This document shows positions 12,017 through 26,060 of a stretch of 64,000 bases of DNA, one piece after another. The position numbers and the translations under genes were made by a program. A model generated the notes under the pieces. It saw nothing but the letters and a program-made list of their open reading frames with translations. It searched no databases and was not told the origin of the DNA. Position 1 is the first letter of the stretch; every line of letters begins with the position of its first letter. This DNA comes from Camelus ferus (lineage: Eukaryota): NCBI RefSeq assembly GCF_009834535.1, contig NC_045697.1:46688001-46752000 (forward strand). The letters run 5' to 3'.

Positions 12017-14230
12017 TACTGTTTATTGCTAACCCTTCTCCTTTTCTGGGCTGTGAGTCACATCCTATATACTCTCTCAAGTAATGTGCTCTATCAGTTA
12101 TCCCCTCCTCTTCTCTCTTTCTTCTCCGTCTCTTCCCAGTGGTTCCTTCCCCTCATCTTGTAGACCTGCTCAGTTCTCTCCCATCCTTAGAAAGCCTTTC
12201 CTTTTTCCAGGCTCCCAACTTTCCCCTTCCTTTCTCAGTTAGGATTCTTAAGGTAGTTGTCTACAGAAAACTCCACTTGCTTATTTGACATCTGTTTCTC
12301 AACCACTGGGAACCAGTTTCTGCTCCTACTATTCCACTGAAACGCTTCTAAACACTTTCCTGGAAAAGGTCATCAACTGTGGTAAACAGACTTGTAAGAT
12401 GCCCCACCCCCAATGATCCCCACTTTCTGGTATTTATGCCCTTGTGTATTCATGCCCTTCTGGTATTCATGCCCTTCCTCTAAGAATGACATTCTTCTAC
12501 CCAACAGAATGCTGCAAAGGTGATAGGATGTCACTTTTATAATTAGGTTTCAAAAGACTGTGCCTTCTGTCTTGCTAGCAAACTCTCTCTATTGCTTTTC
12601 TGGCTTCCATGATTTGATGAAATAAGCAGCAAAGTTAAAGAGGCCCATGTGGCAAGGAACTGAGAGTGGCTTCTGGCTAACAGTCAAAAAGGAACTGAGA
12701 TCCTCATTCCAACAACCCATGAGAAACTAAATCCTGCCAACAATCATGTGAGCTTAGAAGTGAAATCTTCCCCAGTTGAGCTTTCATATGAAACCCAGTT
12801 CTGGCTGACAGTTTGACAGCAACCTTGCAAGACCCCACAAAGAAGATCCAGATAAGCAAAGTTCATATTCCTGAGTCACAAAAACTGTGAGAAAATAATT
12901 GGGTTGTTTTAAGCTGATTTTTCATTGTCAATTCTTTATGCTTCTCTTTCTGCATCTCCAAATATCCTGAACTTTCTCCACTAAAGTCCCTTCTGTATAC
13001 ACAATCAATTGAGCTGAGGTTTAATTAAGAGTTTGTCTTCTGCTCTCTTCTTCTCTTACTCTATGTCTTCTGTACTTAGGATCTCAAACTCCTACTATTT
13101 GAACTAACATTTTCATTTTTAATACAAAACTGATGTATCTAATTGCCTACTAGACATCTCAGCTACACACTCAACATGTGCAAAATGTTATGCATTATTG
13201 TCACCTGAAAGCCTCTCTTCTTTAAGAACCATTACTGACTAGTCATCAAAAACTTGGCAGTTCTCTCTTAGATGCAAACTTTGTCTGTCATTCTTATTGC
13301 CTCTGTCCTAATTATGGTCCACATAACCTCTTGCCTGAATTTTTTCAATACATCCTGACCAAATTTCTGCTTCCATAATTAGCCTCCTAATGTTATTCTA
13401 CCAGAGAATGAATTATCTAAAAGACAAATCTGATCGTGTTACAGCACTGCCTAAAATTATTCAATGACTCCTAGCACCTACAGGTAAAAAAATAGTTTTC
13501 TGAAAAGAAAGATCCTCCTTGTATACTCTCCAGTTTTGTTTCTTCTAATTATCTTCTTCCGTCTACTCCTGTCCCCATGCCCTTGACACCATCAAATTAT
13601 TTATGGTTGCCTGAACACAGTTTGTCATTTCAGGACCAAAAGTTCTCTCCACTCTAAGTTCCATTCCCCCCATACCCAAATGAAAAGCTCCTTAACCATC
13701 CATCTCTGCTATCATTTCTATTCAGTTTAGTTCAGGTAAGTAAATGTGTACAGATCAATTTCCTTAGGCCAAGCATGGAACTTTGTCTTAGAAGAATTAG
13801 TCATCTAATAGAGTATTATAAAATCAAAAATTCCATGGCAGCACCATGCCCAGAATTCTGTGAGAAGGGCCATTAGCCCAGATAAAGGATTCAAGGAAGA
13901 TGTTCTGGAAGAGGTTTGTCAAAAGTAAGACATGAATGAGTGAGATGATTTACATAGTACAACAAGTTTAATTTTTAAATCTTTTCTCCATACGTGTCTT
14001 TCTGGTCTATCTTCCAAAGATTAGTTGAGCATTCATTATATACTACATCCTCCTCCTTTAACATGCTTCCATTGTTATATTTTGTACTGTTGAGTGGTCT
14101 CCTTTTGTATGAATTAGTCTATTCTTTATTTGATGGTGAGCTTTTGAAAACTGGGACTAAATCTGAGTTATCCCTCTAGCTCCAGTGACCAGCATGATGT
14201 TGGTCATTTTATAGGTGCTCAATTGCTTGT
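12017..14230 (+). mobile_element. L2 LINE, fragmented and interrupted by an MLT LTR
   Basis: TTCCACTGAAAC…AAGGTCATCAA (L2 RT 'HSTETAL' region), TGCCTACTAGACATCTC, and an L2 3'-end-like segment ending ATAGGTGCTCAAT. Confidence 0.75.
12378..12916 (+). mobile_element. MaLR LTR (MLT1E/F-like)
   Basis: Starts TGTGGTAAACAGAC; contains GGCCCATGTGGCAAGGAACTGAG, AATCCTGCCAACAATCATGTGAGCTTAGAAG and AACTGTGAGAAAATAA…TTGTTTTAAGC. Confidence 0.85.
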
Positions 14231-14231
14231 T

Positions 14232-14340
14232 CTTTTATTTAAAGTCAGGTTTATTGAGATATAATTTATATATAGTAAAATGAAATTTACATACAGTAAA
14301 ATGCATGCAATTTAACTGTTCAATTCAATGAGTTTAATAG
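14232..14340 (-). mobile_element. L1 3' terminal fragment
   Basis: TTTATTGAGATATAATTTATATATAGTAAAA…AATTCAATGAGTTT is a typical antisense L1 3' end. Confidence 0.7.
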
Positions 14341-16687
14341 TTGCTTCTTGATTAAACTAATTTTGTATGCTTTCGTTGTCTGTAATTTTATAGATAATAT
14401 TCTATGCATCAAAGAGTAAGCCCCAATCATTCATATAGTTGCTTATGCATTGTACGGGTTCAATAAATAATTTTTAAATAAATAAACAAGCCCACAAAAT
14501 GTTTCCATGCTATCACTTAAAAAAAAAAAAGAGAGAGAGAGAGAGAAATAAAACTTTTTCTAAATCTGAAGTAGAAATTGCATCATTGTTACAGTATACT
14601 GGAAACTTATCTTAAATACTCAAAAATAGTTTTCCTATGTCCCAGAAGGTAGACTGGTCAAAAATATTTTAAAATTAAAACTAAACTTGTCATTTTAATT
14701 TTATGTAGTAATTCTTAAGCTGCTTCAGAATCAAAATATCACTTACTATTTGCTAACCACAATTTCAGAAATTATTCACAAGTAGATAATTACCTAGGCC
14801 AAAAATCACCTACAAAAATTTGGGCTGAGATTTTGCCAACCAGTATGCCAATTAATTATCCTACAAGTTCTGGTTGGCCCTGGATCAAGTAAGCCTCATT
14901 GATATGCAAGGCCACTCCTATCAGAGAAAAGACAGAAAATAAAACAGTAAGACACTTAGATCAAGAAAAGCTGGTAGAAGAAAAGCTATTTAACATCTCT
15001 TAGATTCTTACAAATTTCTAAAGCGTTGAGTCCCACCTGAATAGTCAGAATTGGCACACAGACTTATCTTGCAGATGGACCAGGCTAACATCATCTGAAA
15101 GGAAGGCAGAGACCATAGCTGCCACACAGGTGTTTGGTACCGGGTTTGCCCTCAAACAGAAGGTAGTCTTGGGTGATGGTAGTGGAAGGGAAAAAACGAA
15201 CTAGTGACATAAATCATAATTCTTCAAAAGGATATGTGTGTCAATTTCCCATTCAAGATAAATGAACACTGGGAACTGTTACGCTCTGAGGTTGATGACT
15301 CTTTGATTTGCAACTCATTTTTGTTGTAATGGAAGTTCTGAGAAAAAATGATACGGCATTTTGCTTTTATGTAATGTGTATCTGGGGCATGGGGGAAGAC
15401 TGAAGTGGTTCATTTTGTCTGTTTCTCCTGCTATATCATCAAGTTCTCTAATTCTTAGATAGCAGTATGTTGACTTGTAGTATTCATGTTTTAAGATTCG
15501 TTTTTACCAGAACCTTAACATCTAAGTGTTCCCTTGGTATTGTGAAAAGCATTTCATTTTAACACAATCACTGGAAACCAGAAATAATTTAATAATTCTG
15601 GCTTTCACATCCAAGTTACTCTAGGATAAAAACTAGAGAGGATATTTAAATGGGTACAATTATATAGAAAACTTTTATACCCTATCCATTATAATTAGAT
15701 AGAAATCAATAGAAGGGAGGTTTATTTATACATGCTACAATTTATTTTTAATAAGAAACAAGAATAAATAATTTTCTTTTATCAGCAAGTTATTCTAAAA
15801 ATGTAGCTTTTGGAAATGTTACAGACTCCTCTACTAGACTGAAAGCTTCTCAGAAGAAGAAAATTGCATCTCCAGTAATTTCACAGTGGTTGTCACATAA
15901 TGGATGCTAAAAATGTGAAAGAATAAATGTTGTATAAGTGAATATTAGAACAAAAAGCAGTCTGTGCTTATATTGTACAGAGAAAGTGAAATTGGTAATG
16001 TACTGTGTAAATCAAAGATAAAGTTCAATATATTTTCTAATAATTATACTTTATCATCTGAAGATGTCCTTTACTTTATATTTTGCTTAACTAAATGTCC
16101 TGTACAGGTGATTTTCTCATCACACACACACACACAGAGTATGTGCCCCCAAGTTATATTCAAGTCACCTCTTTCTTACAAGACAGAAATCTGTTTGCAA
16201 TTTCAGGAAAAAAATACATTTCTTAGATTCCACAAATTACATCAAGGTTTCAAAGTTTGGGGAGCCAGATTTAATTAAGATGCCAGCTCAAATTTCCATG
16301 GAATCCTTTATATCTTTTTCTTCTGTTTGAAGGAAACTTCTCCCAAACATACGACCTAGGAATAGGAATTCCACTCTGAGATGGTGACTGAAATCTATAT
16401 CCATTCCACATCTTGCTCCAGGGATATCTGCCTTTTTGCTTTTTATATTAATTTTTAGAATACACAAAACTGTGCAGAATACACAAAATATTATATACTC
16501 TAAAGGAGGCATAAAGTAAAATCTTATATGAAAATTTATAAAAATATATCCATAATACACAATGACATATGAATTAGTCACTGTCATATAAAGACAGAAT
16601 TATCAGGCAATTAGAGAAGGAAGAACATTCAGGACTAATTCTTTCACACAACTTAAAAGAACAAGAGCCAAAATCAAGCCACCTGTT

Positions 16688-16965
16688 ATTAGGAGTTTGG
16701 GATTAACAGATCCATACTACTATACATAAAGGAGGTAAACAAGGACCTACTATATATAGCACAGGGAACTATATTCAATATCTTGTAATAACCTGTAATG
16801 GAAAAGAATATTAAAAAGAATATATATTATAATACATATAATATATAATTATATGTATAACTGAATCAGGAGTTACAGATATGTAACGGAATTACTTTGC
16901 AATACACCTGAAACTAACAAAGTACTGTAAATCAACTATACTTCAATAAAAAACAAAATAAAATA
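16688..16965 (+). mobile_element. Short cetartiodactyl-type L1 3'UTR fragment
   Basis: Similar to 6950-7160: AGGAGTTTGGGATTAACAGA…AGCACAGGGAACTATATTCAATATCTTGTAATA…AATCAACTATACTTCAATAAAA. Confidence 0.9.
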
Positions 16966-18354
16966 ATTTCCAAAAAATGGGCAGGTCAGTCCAAAGACAT
17001 ACAAGAGTTAACGCTGAGAGAAATTAGAAGCTCATAAAGTAAGGCAGACACACAATAATCAAAAGGCTCTTAATCTCACGTGGCAGGATAATGAGGAAAA
17101 TCACAGACAGAAGTATATTAGAGCAGGACAAAGCAAGCACCAGGATCAAAGCACTGGTAAGAAAAACACTGGAAGTTCAGTTCAAGAGTCTTCATATGAG
17201 AAAGGTAGCTAACCTGAATCACCAATGTAAGCAGACGACCAAGCTAGAGTGAGAAGGAGCCAGTGACCACAGAGGCAGTCGAGACAGAAGCAGTAACTGA
17301 CAGGCTGGGGCAGAAAACACTCACTTTGCTAACCAGGGAAGAAGAGGTGGCTTAGGCTCAGAAAACCCCCTGCCCAAGGCGACACAGTATGCCTGCTACA
17401 GCTGAGAGGAGACCTTGCAGCATTCTGCCCAGAGATCACACTGTCTCACTGGAATGATGCTTTCCCAATGAAGACTCTTTCTTTTTTTTTATTTTAGAAA
17501 AAGTTGAAAGTCAGATTTCAATGAGAATTTCCTCATGACTAAGGACAACTGCCCTCCTCTCTCATAAATAGAGATGTGCAGTTAGGTGAAATGGGACTGA
17601 GAATTCATTTGATGGCAGTTTTAAGCACTGTTTCTTGAAATTGTTACTGTCTTCTGATGTAGTCTGAGCAAGATATATTGAAGCTATAAGCTCTGACACT
17701 TGGGTGATTAGCAGCTATTACAGGCTGTTTTGGAGCGTTCATAGGGGATCTTATTTCACACAAAACAATCTGCAAAGAAAATCACTAATATGGATGATCT
17801 ATTACTGAATACCTCATCACCTGACAAAAAAATAGCCTCATGCTGACATTTCTATTCAATGATTTATTTTAAAAGTTTCAAGATCCTTTAAAACCTATTT
17901 CTTTCATATTTTGAAACACCAAAGACCATTGGAAGAAACAGACTCCATGAAACAATCTGACTTCGAAATTAAATAATTTTACTTGGAATTTCCACTCTGT
18001 AGCAAAACAAAGTCCATAAAATCTAGTAACAAATGAGCAAATCACACACACATATCCTTTCTGTATAGTCTGTGCAAGCAATAGTGCTATTCAAAAATAA
18101 CATTATTCTAGTCCTGTAAAGTAAATGGAGGGGATTATGGTGCAACCATTTTTAAATGTTAATTTTAAAATATTTCATTAAAAAATAAAAAATGACCATA
18201 TTGCTTTTTTTTATTTCTAGAATTGCACAATTGATAACATTAAGGTAGCTCCCAAATGAGACCATTTCTCCATCTTTCCTTCATTTTTCCCTTCTTCTCT
18301 ATAAGGTTCACCAATTCCTGAAATGATCCTTTAGTAATTATGCTAAATAAGTAA

Positions 18355-18540
18355 CCTTGGAAAGAAGTTTAGAATTCTACTCTGGGGTCAGGCTACCTGA
18401 AGACAAAACTCAGCTCCACTAGTTAGCAACTTAAGAATTTGGGGAAAGTCACTTAACAGTTCTAAACTTACATGTGTTGTGAGTACTAAATAATAATCTT
18501 AATCCTAATAATAATCCTAATACATGCTAACCATTATTAT
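18355..18540 (+). mobile_element. MIR SINE
   Basis: CTCTGGGGTCAGGCTACCTG…GGGAAAGTCACTTAAC resembles the MIR core. Confidence 0.6.
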
Positions 18541-18547
18541 TAGCTAC

Positions 18548-19152
18548 TGTGGGCTGGGGACAAATAGGGGTAGTTTAGGAATTTACCTACTAAGAAGTTT
18601 TACACATAAAAAAAAGCATGGAAACAAGTGCAAATGAAGTGGATGATGAAAAGACACCAGAGTAAAGTTCCTTAGATATGTGGGGCTAATCTTGCAGATG
18701 ATATTGAAGCTCACGGGCACTGTTCCACAGTTCATTGCTTCAAACCCCTGACACTTGGCTCTCATTCTTGAGTTCCTCTATTGACACTAAGTCTTGACAG
18801 GTTACAGGACCCACTGTGATTTCATTCAGTGCAAATACAAAAGATAGGAATTTAGCATCCGGTAGAGCAAACTAATCAATTGGGAATAAAAACAGGTGGA
18901 CAAATTTTCCTCCCTTTCTTCCATTGAATATGTGGATGCAGGGCTTTGATAAACCTCCTAGAAGTCCTCTAAGACTAAGCAGTCAGCTTTTATGAAGTTA
19001 TGATCATCTTGGCAACACACTTCTATCTGTTCTTTCCCCTTCCTACTTCATGTCCATTTTCACTCACACCTGTTTATGTGAGAGTGTACTGACCAACAAA
19101 GTGTTAGCATAGAGCTTTTGACTCAGGTCCTATTTAATAGGAAACCCAGACA
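18548..19152 (+). mobile_element. ERVL-class LTR (LTR16-group-like)
   Basis: Starts TGTGG; ends AAAGTGTTAGCATAGAGCTTTTGACTCAGGTCCTATTTAATAGGAAACCCAGACA; sits directly upstream of ERVL internal sequence. Confidence 0.6.
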
Positions 19153-19262
19153 GTGAAGAACAAGAGTGGCCCTATTGATAACCCTTGACATTAACTTGTG
19201 TTTAAATGGGATGAGATGAGTTTACGAGATATGCAGTGACTACCAGACTTGTACTTCATAGG

Positions 19263-19692
19263 TGTGGCAGATTTTCTGTCTGAGGATGCTCTGCTGTCTT
19301 CTAAGAGACAGTATCTGCATCTGTGATTTTAAGTGCTTTTTTCCTAGAATGATAGGAAGCCTTGATACCCATGTGCACAGCAGATTGGAAGTGTCAAGGA
19401 ATTAACACTCCCACCAGCAACCTTCAACTAAAGACTCTTGGGAGTTGCTATGTAGCCACCTCAGCCCCCTTGTCCATGAGTGAACTAACTTTGAGGCTTG
19501 GGTTTTGTAGTCTTCCAAAGGCTGACTGTGGGATTAAGCCCCAAATGCCTACTGTGTTAGTTGACTTAAGAATGCATCCTTTATGTTTTACACATTTGCT
19601 TTCCTACAGGTATAACATGTACTTTCTCAGCAGGATCCCAGCACTCAATGTGGGTTTCAGGGTTTGTTTCTGGGAAAATTGAAACTAAGACA
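19263..19692 (+). mobile_element. ERVL LTR (LTR16-like)
   Basis: TG…CA ends (TGTGGCAG…GTTTCTGGGAAAATTGAAACTAAGACA) and the internal motif GGAAGTGTCAAGGAATTAACACTCCC. Confidence 0.75.
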
Positions 19693-21850
19693 GGCAGTTT
19701 GGGGGAAATAATGATTATAAGGAATGTGTTTTGGGACTACTGCATTTGATGACATCAAATGCCTTGTTAAAAAAAAAAAACTACAGAACAGTTAACCATC
19801 AGTAAGGCACCTTGGGAAAGCCTGAGGGCATCTATGGTGGCTTGTCTCCTTCAGACTGGAGTTGACGGGGATGATACCATAGAAGCGGACTCTCTAATAT
19901 CTAAATTCTTTATCATGATAACACTAGCAAAGACAGTGCTCAGTGGGTTCCTTTGACTTTTAATGTTGGCATAAACTACACATGGGAAAACTGACCCAAT
20001 CCATTTATTGGATAACTTGAAAGGCTGCCAGTTTCAAACAGGGTCAAGAGCAAAGAGGGCTTTTTATTTTGTGCAAGCTTTATTGCAAGCTGCCCTGTTT
20101 TTCAGACCACGTGATCTAGCATATCTACCATGCTAGAGGAATCCATGATGAATAGGAAGTAAGCTGAAATCTCTGGCAAGCCCCAACAGGAACACTGCAG
20201 CACAGACATAAAGAGTTCTAGAGCAAGGCCATGCCTCCCATGGCAGAGAATTCTCCTTTTCACAAAGAGTTTCTGGCTTATTGATGAGTTTAAATAGAAC
20301 GTGAGCACCTGAAAATGGGATACCAAAGACTGTGAAAAATGTAGCTGCCCATTATGACTGGGTATTATCAGATGCACCCAGTCACAGCAGAAATCCATGA
20401 TATAATAGGACTGATACATTCAGGACTGACCCTAGGCACATCCAGGTAGCATAAGCAATTCATAATTAGGTGAAGTGCAATAGGTAGCCCATTCTCCCAC
20501 CTCTGTTGTTCCAGCACCTCTTCCTCAAATGATATCTGTGTTTTTATTAAATGTTTCTGTGACAGAGAAGAGCCTGGTTCACAATTAGGCATCAGATATT
20601 TGCACTAGCTCAAAATGGACCACCGTTTCATTAAAACCCCACACAGAGGTGGTCCAAAGTCCAAGGTAAAAGGAAATTCTCCCGTTCTCCCATTCACCAG
20701 AGTTCTGAGTAGTGCATTTGTTCATTTTATATGGAGGAAGAACTGGCTAGAAGTATATGAAGTTGATTCAGTTATTTCTGAAAACCCAACCTCCCATCAT
20801 GGAGACCACTGCTAAGTCTTATATGGGACCATTTCTTGGGGACACAAGCCAACCACTTGTCAGGTCAATTCTATAAAGACCTCTTTCACCTGGTAAGGGG
20901 TAATAATTTGTCTTCACTGGAATCAGGAAATACTCAGACATGAGTTTGCCTTTTCTGTCCACAGTACTTCATCCATAACTGCCATCTGAAGGCCTATAAA
21001 ACATCGGATCAATCAACATCATATCTCACATAATGATCCCTTGGACCAAGGAATTAACGAGCTAAGGGATATGAGATCATGGTATCCACTGACCGCCATC
21101 TAGAAGATGCCAGTATCATATAATGGTGAAATAGCCTATTAAAGGCTCAATTAAGGTATCGGTCCAGGGGCAACATGCTGCCAGTTAGGGTGCTGTCCTG
21201 CAGCATTTGGTTTATGCACTCTTGTAATGACCAATATATACTAGACACTAAAATATATGAGTATAAGAACAAAGAGATTGAAGTAGGATTGGTCCCATGT
21301 CATTATTACTCCCATTGTCCCACTTGCAGTACTTGTGTTTCTTGCCCCCAAAGCTTAGGTACCGTCTGCTTAGAGATTTGGGTTCCTGGGAATATTCCTC
21401 TGCTAAGAGTCACAGGAAGGGTTCCACAGAAACGGAAGCTTCAAGTTATTTTGGGCCTTCTGAGCTCCATATGCTGGTAGTAGACTGGCAGACAAAGGAA
21501 GGAATTACTGTACTGGTAGGGATAATCTACACTGGTTATCACAATAAGCTAGGATTGCTGCCTCACAATGGAGACAAGGAGGATTATGACCAAAATCTAA
21601 GTGGTTTCCAAACGTCTTGCTGTTTCATTGCCCAGTGATTAACAGAAAATGAGTAACTATAGTAGTCATAGCCAGGCAAGGGTAATACAACCAAAAGGTC
21701 AGAACTGAGAATACAAATTTGGATTTACTCCCTGAGGCAAGCACTGAAGTGCTGGCCTGGGATAAGAAAACCTTAGATGGGCACTTGAAGAGGAAGGTAA
21801 TAATACCAATTACGTATTCAGAGTCAGAAGCAGAAGTGGAAATAATAACT
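19693..21850 (+). mobile_element. Decayed ERV-L internal region: pol RNase H, integrase and dUTPase remnants
   Basis: Degenerate equivalents of ERV-L peptides: LWQAP…SKAMP (about 20170-20240), YGTI…FVFTGI…FAF integrase (about 20820-20960), and ORF 21297-21638 KEGITVLVGIIYTGYHNKLGLLPHNGDKEDY (dUTPase motif 3 region). Confidence 0.85.
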
Positions 21851-24814
21851 TGGTTTGCTAATCCTTCTTAAAATATTTTGAGGAGTCAAGAAATGACTAC
21901 CTTCTTGAAGGTCTGGATTACACACCAGGAGCTGGACCTGAAGGACTGGACTCAATCATGGAAAAAGGGAGGTCATCCTGATCCCAAGCAAGACTCAAGT
22001 ATCATCAGAGGAAAAGCGGATCTGAGTGGCTCAGGAAACAGACTGTACCAGGCTCAGTTCCTCAGTTTGAACACTGGCCTTGCATTCTGGCAAGAGCAAT
22101 CCTAAGACTGTTCCCACAGTCTTGGAGTAAGACTGTTGTGGCTTCTGCCACAGTTATAAACTAAGGGCCATGCCAGGGAGCTGATTCCTGTCTCTTGGTT
22201 TGCAGACACACACTTGTCTCTTATTCAGAACACAGCAATATGCACTTAGGTATGTACATGCGTCAATGTCAATTTTTGTTTATTGGTTTGTTTTTACTCT
22301 GGGTTGCAGTTTACAAAAGTCTGAAAGCCATTCATCTGTCACACACTGTTCTCAACTGAAAGAGAAGTGTCAGAATCGTGGGGGACCATTTCAAGCTATA
22401 CCTCCTCCCATGCACTTCCTGTCTCCTGCTTCATTCATCTGTTAAAATTCTTGCTATTGCACTTGATAATTGCAGATTGCGATAATGCAGGCTGAGGTGG
22501 CTTCTGTTAAGACATATAAATGAAAATAATTGTGCTAGAGTTTAATTTTAATTTTTTTTTCAAAATGTTGTTCAAGGTGGTTTTCATGTTGCTTCTATAA
22601 CAGGCATGGGGACAAAAAGTTAAAGGAAGAGTGATAAACAGTGCTGAGAGAGAAGACACAAAGACAGCACGATCCACATGTTATAAGTCAGAAGTTGGAG
22701 TTGCTTTATGGAATTGCAGCTATGACCCCAAAACGTAACTTCCAGTGGGGACAGGCTCAGGAAGAAATGAGCTAGGAAAGCCACTGCTCTGTCAATTCTG
22801 CCTCCTTTGCCCCAGATTCTTATGACTTCTGCTCTATCACTTCTTCCCTGGAGTCCTCCTTCCTACAAATGAGAGCAGTTCAGATACCTCACAAAAACCA
22901 TATATTTGACTTTTACTCTTATCCCTCCCATCCTCCTTTCCTTTCTTCCTTTCCTCTTTCCTTCCCAGTTCTTTCCATTGAATGAAAACAAAAAAGCATA
23001 TTTACTAATGACTTACTAATACATAATTTATTTCCAATATGTCCTTTCTCCACTGGTATATTCTTAAAGGGAGAAGGAGAGGGACGGGGACAAAACAAAG
23101 GATTCAAGAGCAAACAAAAAACAGGCACCATCCCTGCCACTTCCCTTCCGGGAATGTTGAGGGGCAAAGGCTGCTTCCTTTTCAAGGTCATTTAATGTTT
23201 GTTTTCATTGGCTTGCAGCATGATAGCCTCTTGCTCCCTGATGCTTTTTTAAGTTTAAATTAGTTTCCAATAAAGATGCTTCTGCACCTTGCAGGAGAAA
23301 AGCATTGTTTTTAATACACTGGTAACTAATGCCGCCGGTCCTTGGGGAGTTTCAAAGGACCTCAAAGGCGAGAGTTCTCTACCCGGGAGCAAAGAAGCCA
23401 TTACAGCTTGTACTGGAAGATTTAATAGGTGTCATAATTTATCATGTAAACTGAAAAGTGTTTCTTAATTAAGTGCGTACGTTAATGAATTTTTTAATTT
23501 GATCCCTGTAAGTACCTTGCTATACTAATTGCAATATTCTACACATTAGTCATCCGCTGTTGCCCTTGGCTATTTTCTACCCTGAGAGGAAGAGAAAGAG
23601 AGCTTTTCAGTTAAAGTTCATTTAACTCTTTCCACCCAACAAATTAGATTTGGTCTTACTCACACTGGAGTGACAGCTGTGGTTCAATTTCAGAGTTTTC
23701 AGAGTGCTTGTATGTAGGAACCAGTCTAAAAAAAATCTGTTGTTTTTCAAATAATAGGAAGCAGGGGTAGCTGCTCAGAAACTGAGGCCCTGTCCTTTAT
23801 CGAGGGGACACTCTTTTTGGTTCTTTAGAGACTGAAGAGGTTTACATGAGCTAAGGTGAACAGAGAGGGCCACATTTTCATCTGTTTTGCTGTGCGTTCT
23901 CTACAGTGTGATTAATGAAGGGCTGGAATTTGTACAATACTTCCCAAACTCAGAGAAATTGAGGGAAAAAATAAAACTTGGGCATATCTACTTAACTGGA
24001 TATTAATCAATGATGAATGAAGTACTATTTGTAATAATAAGGAAAGTGCTTATAATATAATGTGAAGTCCAAAAGCACAATGTAACATGGTACAATATTA
24101 TTACAGCTATAAAAAACAAAACTATGTTTACAGGGAAAAATATTTGGCAGATGATATGCTCAGTCATTATAGTGATTGTCTCCTAGTGACATGGTTATTG
24201 CTTATTAACTTTTTTCTTCTTCTATATTTCTGTATTTTCCAAATGTAATGCTCATGTGTTTTCTAATAGGGAAGACCTCTATTTTCAAAGAACTGGTATA
24301 ATATTATCGTGTGAGAGGACTTTAGGCTTCAGACTTTGTTTTAGTGAAAAATGCTCTTGATTTAAATAGATATTATATAGCTTTTTAATTTTTTATGTTC
24401 AAATTTATTCAAAGTTGAGAAAAAAGTTGTTACAAATCTCCGACACTTGGCTTTTCTCTTTAAATGATGCTATTGGATTATTCAGGAGGAAATAACCACA
24501 CTGTAACAAATTTTATCTGGTTTTCTAGTACGTAGAGACACACTTTTCTCTTTGTGCTATCTACAATAGCTGACTTAAAAGACTGAGCTGCATAAGGCCA
24601 TCAACACATAAAGAATATTAAGCAAAATATCATTTAATTAACACAGGTACCAGTGCCTTACTTTTTACACATTTATAGTTTACAAAGAAGTCTTGTACTC
24701 AGGAAACCTCAGCTTGAATTCTAGCATGTATGTTTAGTTATGGGATTTTTATAAAAGACATTTAAACTGCAACTCTGACAATACGTCACATGAATAAAAC
24801 TGCCACATGAAATG

Positions 24815-24905
24815 GAGGATGCAGAGTTAAATCTGACTTCCAGATAAATGGCAAATAATTTTTAATGTAAGCTGTCACATTATTTGCTAAATCTGGCAAC
24901 CCTAA
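24815..24905. mobile_element. MER53-like hAT MITE remnant
   Basis: CAGATAAATGGCAAATAATTTT and terminal TTTGCTAAATCTGGCAACCCTA. Confidence 0.6.
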
Positions 24906-25087
24906 ATGAATGGATTAGAGTGCATCAGAATCAACTAGACAGTTTTTGTCTGTTTGATACACGTGTCCCTAATCCAGAACTTTACTATTCAAGGGTCGGG
25001 GGCCAGTAATCTAAAAATAAAAAATCCTTACTCCCAGTGACCACCATTAAGAGCTGCAAAATCTAGTACCTGGAAATTATCCTTCTG

Positions 25088-25258
25088 CAGTAGTACTACT
25101 CACACTTTAATGTGCCTAAAAATCAGTCACCTTAGGATCTTGTTCAAATGTAAATTCTCATTTGTGAGGTGGAGTTGGGAGTTGAGGTTCTGCATTTCTT
25201 CCAGGCTCCAGGGCAATGCTGATGCGGCTAGTCCCCGGACCAAATTTCAGGTAGCAAG
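25088..25258. mobile_element. MER5A hAT-Charlie MITE
   Basis: CACTTTAATGTGCC…GATCTTGTTCAAATG…TTCTGCATTTCT…CAATGCTGATGCGGCTAGTCCCCGGACCA. Confidence 0.75.
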
Positions 25259-25699
25259 AGAGTTCAGATGATTTCTGTTGTCTCTGTTAGGTTTCGAATT
25301 TGCTGATTCTATGATTTTTTTACATGTATTACCTCATTTTATTAAAATTTCATTTTCAAACAAGTGACAAATATTATGTAATCTAATTCTTACTTAGTGG
25401 ATTGGAACCCAGATAATTCAGTATGGCATCATAATGTCAGACTTGCTCTGTTACTCTTGTCTTGACCAGTTGATAACAACATAGTCCATCAGAAACATCA
25501 GAACAATGTATCATTTTCACTTAAGAGATTTGTTTCTCGTCCATTTATTCATCTGATGAGCACTTACTGAATGCCTACTATGTGCCAGCCCTGTTGTTCA
25601 GTAAGGGAAACTCATCAGAGAAATATATGAGCTTATCCAAGATGGGAAGTTGGTCTGTGTTTCTGACATTGTAATCCCATGGCTCTTTCCCATCATCCT

Positions 25700-26060
25700 G
25701 ATGGTCATCTTGCTCCCTCCTCAGAGCCTCTGTGTTGGAGTTTCTTTTTCATCTGGATCTTTTTATGGTTGGCTCCTTCTCATCACTGAAATCTCAGGTC
25801 ACAATGTCAGCTCTTTAGAGAGGGTTTCTCTGACTTGTCTGTCAAAAGTGTATCCCATACCCCTTGTCACTTTTTCATGTTAACATGTTTTCTGATCTGT
25901 AATTCTCTTTACTTATTTATGCATGTGTATAGTTATATATCCATGCACGTATGCTTTATTTCCTGAACCCCACTCCATTAGCACATGACACTTGTGAACA
26001 ACCACCTTGTGTGTTTTGTGCATGTGATACACCACAAGTACTTGTGAATAAGATGAATGT
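25700..26060 (+). mobile_element. L2 3' portion
   Basis: GGTTGGCTCCTTCTCATC…CTCAGGTCACAATGTCAGCTCTTTAGAGAGG and a terminal TTGTGAATAAGATGAATG. Confidence 0.65.

Noticed and set aside
12425..12478. Triplicated GTATT(T/C)ATGCCCTT unit
   Set aside because: Local slippage inside an MLT LTR; not a CRISPR-like or functional array.
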